DNA of 64,000 bases, from positions 2,840,982 to 2,904,981 of the forward strand of contig OZ243982.1 of assembly GCA_965214805.1 (NCBI GenBank). The letters run 5' to 3'. Made by a program: the position numbers and the translations under genes. Below, piece by piece: positions 43,916 through 55,495 of the stretch (position 1 is its first letter; every line of letters begins with the position of its first letter). The notes under the pieces were generated by a model. The model had not been told where the DNA came from and did not search any database. It saw only the letters and a list, made by a program, of their open reading frames with translations. The DNA comes from Thermoanaerobaculia bacterium (lineage in GTDB: Bacteria > Acidobacteriota > Thermoanaerobaculia > Multivoradales > Multivoraceae).

Positions 43916-46900
43916 CGAGCGGCCCGAAGGCAGGGCCGGCCGACGAGGCCGCCCGCCGCCGGATCCGCGAGGTCCTGGACGAGAGCCAGATGGTCGAGGC
44001 GGCGGCCGGCACCGGCAAGACGACGGTGCTGGTCGAGCGGCTGGTGGCGATCCTGGAGCCGGGTCTCGGCACGGTCGACGGACTGGCGGCGGTCACCTTC
44101 ACCCGCAAGGCGGCCGGCGAACTGAAGCTGCGGCTGCGTGAAGCGCTGGACAAGCGGCTCGTCGAGCTGCGCGCGAAAGGCGCGGCGTCCGGTCGCGTGC
44201 GGAATCTCGAGACGGCGATCTCGCGCCTGGAGGAAGCGTCGATCGGGACCATCCACTCGCTGTGCGCCGAGATCCTGCGCGAGCGTCCGGTTGAAGCTGG
44301 CGTCGACCCGGGGTTCGGCGAACTGGCGGAGGACGAGGCACCGCGTCTCTTCAACCGTGCCTTCAGAAGCTGGATCGAGGAGCAGCTCGAATCGATACCG
44401 CCCGGTCTGCGGCGTGAGCTGGCGCGCCTCACGACGGGGCCGTGGTCGCCGCGGCGGCTGCCGCTCGATCGGCTCCGGGAGACTGGCTGGCGCCTGGTCG
44501 AATGGCGCGACTTCCCCTCGAGCTGGCGGCGACCGGAGTTCGACCGCGAGGCGCAGCTCGCGGATCTCGCGGCCCGGGTGGAACGCCTGGCCGGCCTTCT
44601 GGGCCACGGGCGGCCCGGCGACATTCTCCGGCGAGGCCTCGACCGGGTCGTGGAGCTGGCCGTCTGGCTCTCGCGCGCACGTGAGCTCGGCGTCGCTGGC
44701 CCGACTGACGTCGGTGGGGAAGCAGCCGACGGGGAGGCGTTCGCCGACCAGTTCGAGGCGCGGCTGGTGGAACTGCTCCGCGGCTTGCGCGGCTACAACG
44801 CTCCCCGCAAGGGGCGGGGCGGTTTCGCGGAGGGCGTCGGGCGGGACCAGGTGTGGGAACTCTGGCTGCGGCTGGAGGAGCGCCTGGGCGACTTCGTGCA
44901 GGCCGCCGACGCCGACCTGGCGGCGTTGCTGCGAGACGAACTTGCCGGGGCGGTCGAGCGCTACGAGCAGGCGAAGCGCCAACTGGGCAAGCTGGACTTC
45001 CACGATCTCCTGATCAGGACCCGCGACCTGCTGCGCTCGGACGGCGTCGTCCGGTCCCACCTGCAGCGACGCTACCGACACCTCTTCATCGACGAGTTCC
45101 AGGACACGGATCCGCTTCAGGCGGAGATCCTGCTGCTGCTCTCCGCCGACTGCCCGGACGAGGACCGCTGGCAGCAGGTGCGGCCGACCCCTGGCAAGCT
45201 GTTCGTGGTCGGCGATCCGAAACAGTCGATCTACCGCTTCCGCCGTGCCGACGTCGTGCTTTACCACGAGGTCAAGGAGATGCTCGCGGAGCGCGGCGTC
45301 AGGATCCTCCATTTGACCACCAGCTTCCGCTCCGCGGCGCCGATTCAGCGCCTCGTGAATGCGGCCTTCGCGCCGCTGATGACCGGCGACCGCGACGGCG
45401 GCAGCGCGGACTACATCGCGCTGGGCGAGCACCGCAAGGCGATCCCGGGCCAGCCCGCAGTCATCGCGCTGCCGCCGCCCCGGCCCTACGGCTACCGCAA
45501 TCTGAGCAACAGGGAGATCGAGGCGTGCCAGCCCTACGCGACCGTCGAGTTCGTGAGGTGGCTGATCGAGGACAGCGGCTTCGAGGTCGAGGTTCCGGAT
45601 CCGGCCCGGCCCGGCGAACGCATGCGGTCGCCGATTCGGCCTCGCGACGTCTGTCTCCTGTTCCGCCGCTTCCTGAGCTGGGGCCGCGACACGTCGCGCG
45701 AGTACGTGCGCGGACTGGAGGCCGTGGGCATCCCCCATCTTCTTCTCGGTGCGCGTTCGTTCCACGAACGGGAGGAGGTGGAAGCGCTGCGGTCGGCGCT
45801 CAAGGCGGTGGAATGGCCGGACGACGACCTGTCGGTGTACGCGACGCTGCGCGGGAGCCTCTTTGCGTTCGACGACGAGTTGCTCCTGCGCTTCAAGGCG
45901 CGCTACGGCGGCTGGCGCCCGTTCCAGGCGCCGCGGAAGGCGCGCTGCGGCGGTGAGCCTCCCGGGGAGTTCGCCTCCTTGGTCGAGGTGCTCGACTTCC
46001 TGGCCGAGCTCCACCGCCGTCGCAACCATCGCCCGATCGTCGGCACCGTGCAGGAGGTGCTGGCCAGGCCCCGTGCCCATGCTTCGATGGCGCTCCGGCC
46101 CGCCGGCAACCAGGTGCTGGGCAACGCCCAGCGGGTGTGCGATCTGGCCCGCCGCTACGAACTCGCCGGCGGCCGCTCCTTCCGCGGCTTCGTGGAGCAG
46201 CTCGACGAGGAGGCCGAACGACCTGCCAGCACCCAGGCGCCGGTGGTGGAGGAGGACGCCGAAGGCGTGCGGATCATGACGGTCCACACGGCGAAGGGAC
46301 TGGAGTTCCCGATCGTCATCCTTGCCGACATGACCGCCGGGCTGTCGCGCGGGGCCGAGCGGACGGTGCGTTCGGAGGACGGTCTGTGCGCGATGAAGCT
46401 CCTCGGTCTGTCGCCGCAGGAACTGCTCGATGCCAGGGAGATCGAGGATCGCCGCGAGGAGGCGGAGGGCGTGCGGATCGCCTACGTGGCGGCCACTCGC
46501 GCGCGCGACCTGCTCGTGGTCCCGGCAGTCGGCGACGCGAAGCGGAAGGGCTGGGTCCAGTGCCTGAACGACGCGGTCTACCCGCCAGTGCACCGGCGGC
46601 GGCAGTCCGAGCCGGGAGAGGGCTGCCCGGAGTTCGGCGAACGGACCGTTGCCAGGCGCCCGGACGACCACGACCGCTGGCCGCAGCGCGAACCGGAGAC
46701 CTCGGTCCGGCCGGGCCGCCACCGCTTTCCGGGCGTCGCCGGCGGTCCCGGTCACGACGTCGTCTGGTGGGATGCCGACCTGCTCGACAGGAGACCGCCG
46801 GCGAGCTACGGCCTGCTCGGCGAGGACCTTCTGATCGAGGCCGGCGAGGACGCGAACCTTGCACGATTCGAGCGCTGGCGGCAACGCGGCGAAGAGCTGG

Positions 46901-47499
46901 TCTGCCGGGGCTCGGAACCGAGCGCCAGGCCGGTCGCGGTCACCGAGCTGGCCGGCGAGCCGCCGGGCAAGGTCGCCGACGTGTCGGTGGAGGAACTGGA
47001 GCGGACCCGGAACCGGCCGGGCGGCATGCGCTTCGGCAGCCTGGTGCACACCGTGCTTCGCGACGCGCCGCTTGACGGGGAGCGCCGGCGGATCCGGGAA
47101 CTCACCCGTCTTCACGGTTCCCTGCTGGCCGCGACCGGTGCCGAGATCGAAGCGGCCGAGACCGTGGTGGCCACGGCACTTGCCAGTCCGGCGGCGGAAG
47201 CCGCCCGCGGCTCGAGACGGGTCCTGCGCGAGACGCCGTTTCTGCTTCCCCTGGCCGGCGGCGAGGAACACCGGACCGTCGAGGGAGCGATCGACCTCGC
47301 CTACCTCGACGACGACGGCAAGTGGATCGTCGTCGACTGGAAGACCGATCTCGGCGACATCGACGCGCGGTCAGGAGGGGATTCCGGCGCCCGCGGCACG
47401 ACCCGCGGCGAGCGCTACCGCCGTCAGGTCCGCTGGTACTGCCACGCCCTCGAGCTGCTGACGGACGCGCCGGCGTCGGGCCGGCTTGTCCTGCTCTGA
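43912..47499 (+). CDS. addA: AddA/RecB-like UvrD helicase-nuclease
   Basis: AAAGTGKT, TFTRKAA, DEFQDT, VGDPKQSIYRFR, TVHTAKGLEF, YVAATRAR, GAIDL..VDWKT. Confidence 0.88.
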   Translation: MTSGPKAGPADEAARRRIREVLDESQMVEAAAGTGKTTVLVERLVAILEPGLGTVDGLAAVTFTRKAAGELKLRLREALDKRLVELRAKGAASGRVRNLETAISRLEEASIGTIHSLCAEILRERPVEAGVDPGFGELAEDEAPRLFNRAFRSWIEEQLESIPPGLRRELARLTTGPWSPRRLPLDRLRETGWRLVEWRDFPSSWRRPEFDREAQLADLAARVERLAGLLGHGRPGDILRRGLDRVVELAVWLSRARELGVAGPTDVGGEAADGEAFADQFEARLVELLRGLRGYNAPRKGRGGFAEGVGRDQVWELWLRLEERLGDFVQAADADLAALLRDELAGAVERYEQAKRQLGKLDFHDLLIRTRDLLRSDGVVRSHLQRRYRHLFIDEFQDTDPLQAEILLLLSADCPDEDRWQQVRPTPGKLFVVGDPKQSIYRFRRADVVLYHEVKEMLAERGVRILHLTTSFRSAAPIQRLVNAAFAPLMTGDRDGGSADYIALGEHRKAIPGQPAVIALPPPRPYGYRNLSNREIEACQPYATVEFVRWLIEDSGFEVEVPDPARPGERMRSPIRPRDVCLLFRRFLSWGRDTSREYVRGLEAVGIPHLLLGARSFHEREEVEALRSALKAVEWPDDDLSVYATLRGSLFAFDDELLLRFKARYGGWRPFQAPRKARCGGEPPGEFASLVEVLDFLAELHRRRNHRPIVGTVQEVLARPRAHASMALRPAGNQVLGNAQRVCDLARRYELAGGRSFRGFVEQLDEEAERPASTQAPVVEEDAEGVRIMTVHTAKGLEFPIVILADMTAGLSRGAERTVRSEDGLCAMKLLGLSPQELLDAREIEDRREEAEGVRIAYVAATRARDLLVVPAVGDAKRKGWVQCLNDAVYPPVHRRRQSEPGEGCPEFGERTVARRPDDHDRWPQREPETSVRPGRHRFPGVAGGPGHDVVWWDADLLDRRPPASYGLLGEDLLIEAGEDANLARFERWRQRGEELVCRGSEPSARPVAVTELAGEPPGKVADVSVEELERTRNRPGGMRFGSLVHTVLRDAPLDGERRRIRELTRLHGSLLAATGAEIEAAETVVATALASPAAEAARGSRRVLRETPFLLPLAGGEEHRTVEGAIDLAYLDDDGKWIVVDWKTDLGDIDARSGGDSGARGTTRGERYRRQVRWYCHALELLTDAPASGRLVLL

Positions 47500-47516
47500 G
47501 TCCGAGGCAGCAGCAG

Positions 47517-48647
47517 CTACAGCAACTCGCCGATGTAGCGGTCTCGGGCCAGTCGCCAGAAGACGACCAGGAACGCCGTCAGCGGTATCGCCAGGATCAT
47601 GCCCGCGATGCCGTCGAGCGCCGAGCCCCAGAAGAACACGGCGACGATGATCGCCATCGGGTGCAGACCGGTGCGGTCGCCCATGATCCGGGGCGTCAGC
47701 ACGTACGCCTCGACGAGCTGGACCAGGGCGAAGACGACCACGATCCAGATCACGAGATCGAGCCCGCCGCCCTGTTGCCAGTAGCCGATCGGCAGCGCCA
47801 CGGCCAGGCCGACGACGCTGCCCAGGTACGGGATGATGTTCAGGAAGCCGAGCATGAGTCCGAGAACCAGGCCGTAGCGAAGACCGGCAATCGAGAAACC
47901 GATGGCGAACAGCGCGCCCTGCAGGAAGGCGATGACGAGCTGCCCGCGGAAGAAGGCGACCAGGATGTCGATGAACTCCTGGATCAGGTAGATCACGTCG
48001 GCGCGGGTTCCGGCCTTGAGGAACGGGAACAGGTGGTCGAGCTTGCGGAACCGGTCGGGTTCGACCATGAGGAAGAAGCAGAGGTATACCGGCAGCACCG
48101 CCCAGGCAAGAAGCGAAGCGATGCCGGCGCCGATGCTGCGGAGGATCTCCAGTGCCGTGTCGCCGACGATGCCGAAGCTCGCGAACAGGTTCGAATCGCC
48201 GCCCTCGAGCGCATCCTGGACCCTGATCGCGACCGGATTCGTTTCCAGGAACTCGGTCACGACGGGCGAGATCTCCGCCGTCCATGCGACGAAACGGCCC
48301 CAGGCGGCCGGCAGCGCTTCGAACAGATCGTCGATCTGTGACGCGGCCATGGCGCCGAAGAACCAGGCGAAGCCGACGATCGGCAGCAGCAGGGACAGCA
48401 GGACGGTCGCCACCGCGAGGATCCTCGGGAACCGTAGCCGTTCGTTCAGCAGCTCGTAGCAGGGCCGGAGCACGAACGCCAGCACGGCCGCGACCGCCAG
48501 CGGCAGGAAGACGCTCGAGAAGGCGGCGAAGAAGGCGCCGACGGCCCAGAAGAGCGCCGCGGCGGCGGCCAGGATGACGGCTGCTGCCGCGATCGTGGCT
48601 GCGGCTGCGACCGTGGCGCGCTGGCGTTCCGAGAGTTCGATCTGCAC
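47517..48647 (-). CDS. AI-2E family transporter
   Basis: FFRGQ, NIIPYLG, QLVEAYVLTPRIMG..GLHP, GMILAIP. Confidence 0.88.
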   Translation of the reverse strand: MQIELSERQRATVAAAATIAAAAVILAAAAALFWAVGAFFAAFSSVFLPLAVAAVLAFVLRPCYELLNERLRFPRILAVATVLLSLLLPIVGFAWFFGAMAASQIDDLFEALPAAWGRFVAWTAEISPVVTEFLETNPVAIRVQDALEGGDSNLFASFGIVGDTALEILRSIGAGIASLLAWAVLPVYLCFFLMVEPDRFRKLDHLFPFLKAGTRADVIYLIQEFIDILVAFFRGQLVIAFLQGALFAIGFSIAGLRYGLVLGLMLGFLNIIPYLGSVVGLAVALPIGYWQQGGGLDLVIWIVVVFALVQLVEAYVLTPRIMGDRTGLHPMAIIVAVFFWGSALDGIAGMILAIPLTAFLVVFWRLARDRYIGELL

Positions 48648-48705
48648 CGGCGGTTTCGTCCCTTGCGGGAAGCTACCACCTGCCGGGATGGATACGATCG
48701 GCGCC

Positions 48706-49980
48706 ATGTCCGCCAAGCGGCGATTCCGGACCGTCAAGGGAATGCGCGACCTGCTTCCCGGCGAGGCCGACGCGTACGCGCGGGTGGAGGAGACGGCGCG
48801 TCGCGTGTTCTCGCTCTACGGCTACGGCGAGATGCGCACGCCGGTCGTCGAGGACACGGATCTCTTCGTGCGCGGGGTGGGCCAGGGCAGCGAGATCGTC
48901 GGCAAGCAGATGTACACCTTCGACGACAAGAAGGGCCGCAGTCTGACGCTGCGGCCCGAGAGCACCGCTGCCGTCGCGCGCGCCTACCTGCAGCACGACA
49001 TGGCGTTGCTGCCGCAGCCGGTCAAGGTCTTCTACATGGGACCGCACTTCCGGTACGAACGGCCGCAGGCGGGGCGCTACCGCCAGTTCAGCCAGATCGG
49101 CGCCGAACTGATCGGCGATGCCGGACCGCTGAGCGACGTGGAGCTCCTGGTCATGCTCCTGCGCTTCCTGTCCGAACTCGGGTTCGAGGATCTGGCGGTC
49201 GGGCTCAACTCGGTTGGCGATGCGGAGTGCAGGCAGCGCTACTCGCAGGGCTTGCGGGAGTACCTGGAACCGTACCGTCGCGAGCTCGGCGCGGACAGCC
49301 GGCGCCGCCTGGAGACGAACCCGCTCCGCATCCTGGACACCAAGGCGCCGGGGGAGCGCCGACTGCTGGAGGGCGCGCCGCGCCTGCGAGATGTGCTGGG
49401 GCAGCCGGCCCGCGAGCACTTCGAGGCGGTATGCGAGCGACTCGAGCGGTTCGGCATCGCCTATCGCGTCGACGACGGGCTGGTGCGGGGCCTCGACTAC
49501 TACACCCGGACGGTGTTCGAGATCACCTCGCGATCCCTGGGCGCGCATGACGCGATTCTCGGCGGCGGCCGCTACGACGGGCTGATCGGCCAGCTCGGCG
49601 GTCCGGGTGTGCCCGGCATCGGCTTCGCGATCGGCGAGGATCGGCTGGTCGATGTCCTGCCCGTCTCGTCCCCGGTCCGAAGCGGCCGGACCGTGCCCGT
49701 GTGCGTCATCGCGATCGGCGAGGACCGCCTCGACGCGGGACTGGACGCGGCCGAAGAACTTCGAGCGGCCGGCGTGCCGGCAATCTCGAATCTTGCCGGC
49801 GGCACGCTCAGGTCAGGACTGCGTCGAGCAGACCGCCGCGGCTGCCGATGGGTCGTCCTGATCGGCGAGGACGAACTCGCCGCCGGAACAGTCGTTCTCC
49901 GGGACTTCGAACACGGCGTCCAGGAGACCATTCGGCGCGACGGGTTCACCGCCGCGGTGAAGGCGGGCATCTCGGCCTGA
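48706..49980 (+). CDS. hisS: Histidine--tRNA ligase
   Basis: KGMRDLLP, LRPESTA, FRYERPQAGRYRQF, LVRGLDYY, GGGRYDGL. Confidence 0.97.
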   Translation: MSAKRRFRTVKGMRDLLPGEADAYARVEETARRVFSLYGYGEMRTPVVEDTDLFVRGVGQGSEIVGKQMYTFDDKKGRSLTLRPESTAAVARAYLQHDMALLPQPVKVFYMGPHFRYERPQAGRYRQFSQIGAELIGDAGPLSDVELLVMLLRFLSELGFEDLAVGLNSVGDAECRQRYSQGLREYLEPYRRELGADSRRRLETNPLRILDTKAPGERRLLEGAPRLRDVLGQPAREHFEAVCERLERFGIAYRVDDGLVRGLDYYTRTVFEITSRSLGAHDAILGGGRYDGLIGQLGGPGVPGIGFAIGEDRLVDVLPVSSPVRSGRTVPVCVIAIGEDRLDAGLDAAEELRAAGVPAISNLAGGTLRSGLRRADRRGCRWVVLIGEDELAAGTVVLRDFEHGVQETIRRDGFTAAVKAGISA

Positions 49981-50035
49981 CTTGTGCGAGGATCGGCGGT
50001 TCGAGCCCGCAAGGCGCCGAACCGGGAACAGGCAA

Positions 50036-51799
<1,764 letters not shown>

Positions 51800-51807
51800 G
51801 GCTGCCC

Positions 51808-53100
51808 TTGGCCGAGCACGCCGCCGCCGTCGACGTCGCCGATGCGGTGCAGCGCCTGACTCTCGCCCATCCCCGCGGTGTGAGCGAGATTCTCGTCGGC
51901 CCGGGCGTTCTGGCCGACGCGGGGGGCGCGCAGGCGTTCGGCGACGTGGCGCAGTGGTGCCGGGGCCGGCTCGTGTTCCTGATCACGAGCGAGACGCCTG
52001 ACCGTCTGTGCGGCGCCGCGGCGCGGCAGTTGTTCGAGACCGCGGGCGCGGTCCGGATCGAGACGATCGACGTGCCCGACGGCGAGGCGGCGAAGACGGT
52101 CGAGTGGGCGGCCTTCGTCTGGCGGGAGATGCTCGAGCGCGGCGGCAAGCGCGACAGTCGCCTGGCGACCCTGGGCGGCGGGGCGGTGGGCGACCTCGGA
52201 GGCTTCGCCGCCGGCTGCTTTCTGCGCGGCATCGGCTACCTTCAGATCCCGACCACCCTGCTTGCCCAGGTCGACGCCTCGGTCGGCGGCAAGACCGGGG
52301 TCGACCTGCCCGGCGGCAAGAACACGGTCGGCGCCTTCCACCATCCGCGGTTCGTGCTCGCCGACACCCTGTGCCTCGAGAGCCTGCCGGTCGGCGAGCT
52401 GCGGGCGGGGCTGTTCGAGGTCATCAAGATGGCGGCGCTGCTTGATCTCGACCTGCTGGGCTCGGTGGAGGAGTCGGTTGAGCGGCTGCTCGCGGGCAGC
52501 GCGGAGGCGCTGACGCCGGTCGTGGCGGCCTCGATCCGGGCCAAGCTGGGCGTCGTCGAAGCGGATCCGGAAGAGGGGGGCCGCCGGCGGCTGCTCAACT
52601 TCGGTCACACCCTGGGCCACGCGATCGAGGCGGAGTTCCGCTACCGGGGTCTGCGTCACGGCGACGCGGTGGCTCACGGGATGAGGTTCGCGTTGCGCCT
52701 GGCGCGTCGGCGCGGGCTGGAGGCGGAGTTCGCGGAGCGTCTGGAGCGGTTGATCGACCGGTTGGGACCGCCCGATCTCGGCTCGCTGGAGCGGCAGCGC
52801 GGCGTGGTCCTGGACGTGGACCGGCTCCTCGCCGCGATGGGCCGCGACAAGAAGGCCCGCGAAAGCGGCCTGGTCTTCATCCTGCCGGCGGCGCCGGGCC
52901 GGGGCGAGATCGTCGCCGATCTCGATCCGGTGGTGGTCCGCACCGAACTGCGGGCGTTTGTCGACGACTCCCGCGCTGGCTCCCGCGCTGCGTCCTGCGC
53001 GGACACGTCTTCCCTGATGAGCATGAGCCGGGTGGGCCAGGTCGACGAAGGAGGCGACCTCGGGTCGTCGTGCGCTGCGTCGTGCGGAGACATGCGATGA
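51808..53100 (+). CDS. aroB: 3-dehydroquinate synthase
   Basis: PDGEAAK, GGGAVGDLGGF, PTTLLAQVDASVGGKTG, LNFGHTLGHAIE, HGDAV, DKK; start uncertain. Confidence 0.95.
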   Translation: MAEHAAAVDVADAVQRLTLAHPRGVSEILVGPGVLADAGGAQAFGDVAQWCRGRLVFLITSETPDRLCGAAARQLFETAGAVRIETIDVPDGEAAKTVEWAAFVWREMLERGGKRDSRLATLGGGAVGDLGGFAAGCFLRGIGYLQIPTTLLAQVDASVGGKTGVDLPGGKNTVGAFHHPRFVLADTLCLESLPVGELRAGLFEVIKMAALLDLDLLGSVEESVERLLAGSAEALTPVVAASIRAKLGVVEADPEEGGRRRLLNFGHTLGHAIEAEFRYRGLRHGDAVAHGMRFALRLARRRGLEAEFAERLERLIDRLGPPDLGSLERQRGVVLDVDRLLAAMGRDKKARESGLVFILPAAPGRGEIVADLDPVVVRTELRAFVDDSRAGSRAASCADTSSLMSMSRVGQVDEGGDLGSSCAASCGDMR

Positions 53101-54116
53101 GCGTGAAGGCCGGCGGCGGCGCTGCGGCCGAGGGAGGCCGTCGTGAATCCCGCTGGAAGTCCCGACGCGAATCCCGGCGCGAATCCCGGAGATCCGGAAA
53201 GGGCGGGCTGTGGCGGCGGCTGCGGCGGGGCCTGGGCCGCACTCGCAAGGGACTGATCGGTCGGATCAGCACCGCTCTGGGAGGCGCCGCGCGGATCGAT
53301 GAAGACGTGCTGGAGCGGCTCGAGGAGACCCTGATCGAGTCGGATCTCGGCGTCGCGACGTCCCTTGAACTCGTCGAGCGGTTGCGTCGGGCGGGGGATT
53401 CGGGGCCGATCGCCGCCGGAGACGAATTCGCATTGCGGCAACTGCTGATCGACGAGGTGGCCGTGCTGCTTCTCGACGCTCCGCCCGCGGTGCTGCCGGC
53501 GACGCCGCGCATCACGATGCTGGTGGGCGTCAACGGCTCGGGCAAGACGACTTCCGCCGCCAAGCTGGCGCAGACGTCCTTGGCCCGCCGCGAGAAGGTC
53601 CTTCTGGCGGCCGGTGACACGTATCGGGCCGCGGCCGCGGAGCAGCTCGAAGTGTGGGGCGAGCGGCTGGGCGTCGAGGTCGTCCGTCGCCCTTCGGGCG
53701 GCGACCCGGCGGCGCTCGTGTTCGACGCCGTGCAGGCGGCGGGGGCGCGCGGCGTCGATCACCTGATCGTCGATACGGCGGGTCGGCTCCACACCCGCAG
53801 TCATCTGATGGGCGAACTGTCGAAGGTCCACCGCGTCGCGTGCCGCGCAGCCGGCGACGCCTGGAACCTGTTCACGCTCCTCGTGGTCGATGCCGGCAAC
53901 GGCCACAACGCGTTGGTGCAGGCGCGGGAGTTCGGGGCGACGGTCCCGATCGATGCCGTCTTTCTGGCCAAGCTCGACGGCACCGCCAAGGGCGGCATGG
54001 CGGTGGCCATCGCCCGCGAGCTTCGTCTGCCGGTCGCCTACCTGGGGGTGGGCGAGGGAGTGGAGGACATCGTCGACTACCAGCCGCGGCCCTTTGCGGC
54101 CGCTCTGTTGGGTTGA
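53097..54116 (+). CDS. ftsY: Signal recognition particle receptor FtsY
   Basis: GVNGSGKTT, GDTYRAAA, DTAGRL, KLDGTAKGG. Confidence 0.95.
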   Translation: MSVKAGGGAAAEGGRRESRWKSRRESRRESRRSGKGGLWRRLRRGLGRTRKGLIGRISTALGGAARIDEDVLERLEETLIESDLGVATSLELVERLRRAGDSGPIAAGDEFALRQLLIDEVAVLLLDAPPAVLPATPRITMLVGVNGSGKTTSAAKLAQTSLARREKVLLAAGDTYRAAAAEQLEVWGERLGVEVVRRPSGGDPAALVFDAVQAAGARGVDHLIVDTAGRLHTRSHLMGELSKVHRVACRAAGDAWNLFTLLVVDAGNGHNALVQAREFGATVPIDAVFLAKLDGTAKGGMAVAIARELRLPVAYLGVGEGVEDIVDYQPRPFAAALLG

Positions 54117-54310
54117 GTGCCTTTGGGGGAGAGTGCTCGAGATGAAGTCCGAGCGGGTGGGCCTGTCCGTGGTCACCGCGCTCTTGGTGCGGCTCGACCT
54201 GGAGATCGTCCGCTCATGGTCGATTTCGACCACCAGCATGCGCCGGCGAGTCGGGTGCGGCAGCGCACATCGGCAGATGCAGTCCGGCAGGTGCAGATCC
54301 CGATGAGCAC

Positions 54311-55495
54311 ATGAGCATCGTGGGCGCCGGCAAGGTCGGCGCGGCGGATCGCTTCGACGACGGGGATCGAACCGCGATGGCCCGCGCGCTGGCCCTGGCG
54401 CGGCGCGGCCGCTTCACCGCGGCGCCGAACCCCGTGGTCGGCGCGGTGGTCGTGCGGGAGGGGGAGATCGTCGGGTCCGGCTGGCACCGTCGGGCCGGCG
54501 GCGACCACGCGGAGGCGATGGCCCTGTCCGCGGCAGGCGACCTTGCGGTCGGCGCCACCGTCTACGTGACCCTGGAACCCTGCAACCATCACGGCCGCAC
54601 GCCGCCCTGCGCCCGGGCCATTCTGGAGGCCGGCGTGGAGCGCGTGGTCTTCGCGCACCACGATCCGAACCCGGAGGTGACGGGAGGCGGCGCCAGGCGC
54701 CTGCGAGCCGCCGGCCTCCGGGTCGAGGGCGGGCTGCTGGCGGAGCAGGCGATCGAGATGAACGTGGCCTTCCTGACCGGCGTCCTGCACCGGCGTCCGG
54801 CCGTGACGTTGAAATGGGCGATGAGCCTGGACGGACGGATCGCGACGGCAAGCGGCGACAGCCAGTGGATCTCGTCGCCGCGCGGACGGCAGTGGGCCCT
54901 GGAACTGCGCGAAGAGCATCAGGCAATCGTCGTGGGCAGCGGCACCGCACTGGCGGACGATCCGCGTCTCGACCGCAGGCTCGGCCGGGCGGAAGGGCCG
55001 ATCGTGCGGGTGGTGCTCGATCGTCGGTTGCGCCTGTCGCCGCGGGCGCGGATGTTCGAGCTCGCGGGGCCGGTCGTCGTCTACACGAGCGAACCGCGCG
55101 ACGGACCGGCGGATGCGGCGCTGGAATGGGCCGACCGAGGGGACCGCCTGCTCGGGGCGGGCGCCGATGTGGTCGTGCTCGAGGCCGTGGAGCCGGCGGC
55201 GGTGCTGGCGGACCTCGCCGGGCGCGGCATCTCGAACGTGCTCGTGGAGGGGGGCGCCGGGATCCTGGAGGCGTTCGCTTCGTCCGGCCTCTGGGATCGG
55301 GCCGCCGTGTGCTGCGCGCCTGTCCTGATCGGCGGCGCGAAGGCCCCGGGTCCGCTCGGCGGCGCCGGCGCCGCCAGGCTCTCGGAAGCGTGGCGCCTGG
55401 ACCGCCTGCGCGTGCGCCGGCGCGGCCCGGACGTGATTCTCGTAGGCTACAGGAAGGGATGTTTACCGGAATTGTCCAGGAGCGTGGCCGGGTAG
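54311..55495 (+). CDS. ribD: Riboflavin biosynthesis deaminase/reductase
   Basis: PNPVVG, HAE, LEPCNHHGRTPPC, SLDGRIAT..SQWI, VEGG. Confidence 0.96.
   Translation: MSIVGAGKVGAADRFDDGDRTAMARALALARRGRFTAAPNPVVGAVVVREGEIVGSGWHRRAGGDHAEAMALSAAGDLAVGATVYVTLEPCNHHGRTPPCARAILEAGVERVVFAHHDPNPEVTGGGARRLRAAGLRVEGGLLAEQAIEMNVAFLTGVLHRRPAVTLKWAMSLDGRIATASGDSQWISSPRGRQWALELREEHQAIVVGSGTALADDPRLDRRLGRAEGPIVRVVLDRRLRLSPRARMFELAGPVVVYTSEPRDGPADAALEWADRGDRLLGAGADVVVLEAVEPAAVLADLAGRGISNVLVEGGAGILEAFASSGLWDRAAVCCAPVLIGGAKAPGPLGGAGAARLSEAWRLDRLRVRRRGPDVILVGYRKGCLPELSRSVAG

Noticed and set aside
54117-54310. FMN riboswitch upstream of ribD
   Set aside because: The conserved RFN blocks (AGGGCGGGGTGAAATTCCC, AGTCTGGATG) are not present
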